Source: Azolla caroliniana
Taxonomy: Eukaryota > Plantae > Polypodiophyta
Assembly: GCA_043228905.1 (NCBI GenBank)
Contig: JBHGNT010000020.1
Span: 10,726,001 to 10,790,000 of the forward strand
Length of the DNA stretch: 64,000 nucleotides
Reading direction: 5' to 3'
A model generated the notes under the pieces. It saw nothing but the letters and a program-made list of their open reading frames with translations. It made no database searches and was not told the origin of the DNA. The position numbers and the translations under genes were made by a program. Positions 63,067-64,000 of the stretch are shown here, in pieces; within the stretch, counting starts at the first letter, position 1; each line of letters starts with the position of its first letter.

Positions 63067-64000
63067 CTACACAAAATGTTGTGTTGGATATTCTTTGTGA
63101 TAAGCATTGTAGTCGTAATATAAACGCTCACCTTTTGCTATATCTCTGATGGAAACTAAGAGGACCCTTGCTTGTCCATTGATGTCATACCTCACACATC
63201 TTAGATTTTGCTTCCTCTTGCCTTCTCTGCAAAGGAATAATAGAGGAAATTTAATTTTAATTGAAAAGTTTTTCATTTTCATATCCAAATTGTTCACATA
63301 AAATAATGAGAGAATGAAAGTATATCTTCTCTAAAATACCATAATTTCCTATGAAAACTAGAAAGGCTTGAAATGTAATCATGAATAAACCACAATCAGG
63401 TTTGGTGCTGAATCAGCAATTCAAACACAGGAAAAGTGATGATTGCGTGTGTGCATTATGAAGGATCAATGAGTGGGTAAGGAAGCAATCAAGAAATGGA
63501 GGAGAACAAAGTTTTAGTTAGGGTTAGTTAGATATTCATATAGAAAGAGCAATCATACAAAAGGATGAGAGAAGCAAACTATTCATACCTTGGTCACATC
63601 CCACAAAGTAAACTACCAAGAAAGCAATGGAGAAGTAAGCTTCGGTTACATTTGGTTATTGATAGAATGATGAAGCACTAGAGAAGTATAAGAAATTTGC
63701 TTATCAAGGACGCAATGGAGGAGAAGAAAGATCTAGTCAGGGTTTGGTAATGACAAAAGCATACATAACAAGAATATGAGAGTTTGGCTTATAAAAACAT
63801 ATGTTTTATCTCAGTAAACAGGCTATCAAAAACAAAATTGTATCTAATGTGATATGGACATGATAGAAACCTTTAAAAAACAGTAATTGAGTACTTTATA
63901 AAGAACTGAATGGGTTTGATAGAGGTTTACAAGCTATGATTGTTGATGCCCGAAATGAACCGTGCAATATTCCCTCGTTTATCTGGACATATCACCAACT
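63067..64000 (-). CDS. ATXR5/6: Histone H3K27 monomethyltransferase ATXR5/ATXR6-like, last two exons (partial)
   Basis: Exons 64000-63931 (LVICPDKRGNIARFISGINNHS) and 63226-63067 (KQNLRCVRYDINGQARVLLVSIRDIAKGERLYYDYNAYHKEYPTQHFV*): SET-domain C-terminus. Confidence 0.92.

Overview
Eukaryotic land-plant genomic DNA with spliceosomal introns and many (GA/TC)n microsatellites. A fern or other non-seed vascular plant is my inference from the TE mix and protein divergence; it is not proven. Host genes: a 5'-damaged fibrillin FBN8/PAP10 (+), EMC6 (-), intronless STN1 (-), an RTNLB17/18/21-type reticulon (+), a 17-exon mitochondrial-type PNPase (+), a single-exon signal-peptide/TM protein (+), and the 3' end of ATXR5/6 (-). 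The first ~14 kb is a nest of decayed Ty1/copia elements plus a MULE-like transposase relic. Further on are a young 5'-truncated L1 (poly(A), 18-bp TSD), a near full-length decayed RTE-X-like LINE carrying a solo LTR and a MITE, hAT-type MITEs and a tRNA-derived SINE-like family. The standout is a non-coding ~1.7-kb foldback element (8701-10418). It has ~640-bp near-identical inverted arms, and each arm carries a TATA box, a minimal type I hammerhead ribozyme and a telomere-like tract, which suggests a Penelope-like/retrozyme-like non-autonomous retroelement. All coordinates were read by eye; no searches were run.
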